Origin: a virus
Direction: 5' to 3' (one strand)
Length of the DNA stretch: 64,000 bases
Virus record (IMG/VR): IMGVR_UViG_3300035670_000145
Location: 9,811 to 73,810 of that record
The notes beneath the pieces are model-generated. The model ran no database searches. It had not been told where the DNA came from and worked only from the letters and a program-made list of their open reading frames with translations. The number at the start of each line of letters is the position of its first letter. The first letter of the stretch is position 1. Both the position numbers and the translations under genes were made by a program. Of the stretch, positions 63,850 through 64,000 are shown piece by piece.

Positions 63850-64000
63850 TGGTCGAGTTGCGCGACTTTAGGCACACTACTCAATCAAGCCAGCGTCGTC
63901 AAGCAACGCAGATCATTGAAGGTGACTAAGGGATTTTGCGGAAGTCATCAAGCTCGGCGTACAGAACCGCAGCGGCGTTCTCCCAATACTGATGATCATT

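Overview
About 64 kb of a dsDNA siphovirus genome, most likely a phage of freshwater picocyanobacteria (Synechococcus/Cyanobium-like). The host guess rests on a Cyano-SP-type ribonucleotide reductase, a cyanobacterial-type ThyX, cyanobacterial-type operator motifs and pyrimidine-rich, mostly SD-less leaders. Layout: 0-12.4 kb tail and head genes (minus; DUF2213 protease, DUF2184 capsid, tape measure, frameshifted tail chaperone). 14.3-19.4 kb is a six-gene sugar-modification/glycosyltransferase island inside the head module. 19.4-24.1 kb has MuF, portal and a divergent TerL. 24.7-26.1 kb has two structured non-coding RNAs with tRNA-like 3' ends, and 26.7-29 kb has RNR. 31.6-34.5 kb is a control/terminus-like region with stem-flanked repeats and an array of host-type transcription-factor sites. 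34.5-44.2 kb holds small early genes with a repeated promoter cassette and a third structured RNA. 44.6-56 kb covers replication, recombination and nucleotide metabolism, 56.5-59 kb lysis, and 59.4-64 kb fibre-type genes plus a tyrosine recombinase. Best candidates for undescribed biology: (1) an 18-unit RpaB/HLR1-like array beside LexA- and Fur-like boxes, whose unit recurs at fixed spacing in four early promoters; (2) HNH cassettes carrying a recoded replacement 3' end of the gene they invade; (3) three promoter-driven structured RNAs; (4) a probable virion-glycosylation pathway. All calls come from reading the sequence; no searches or folding programs were run.
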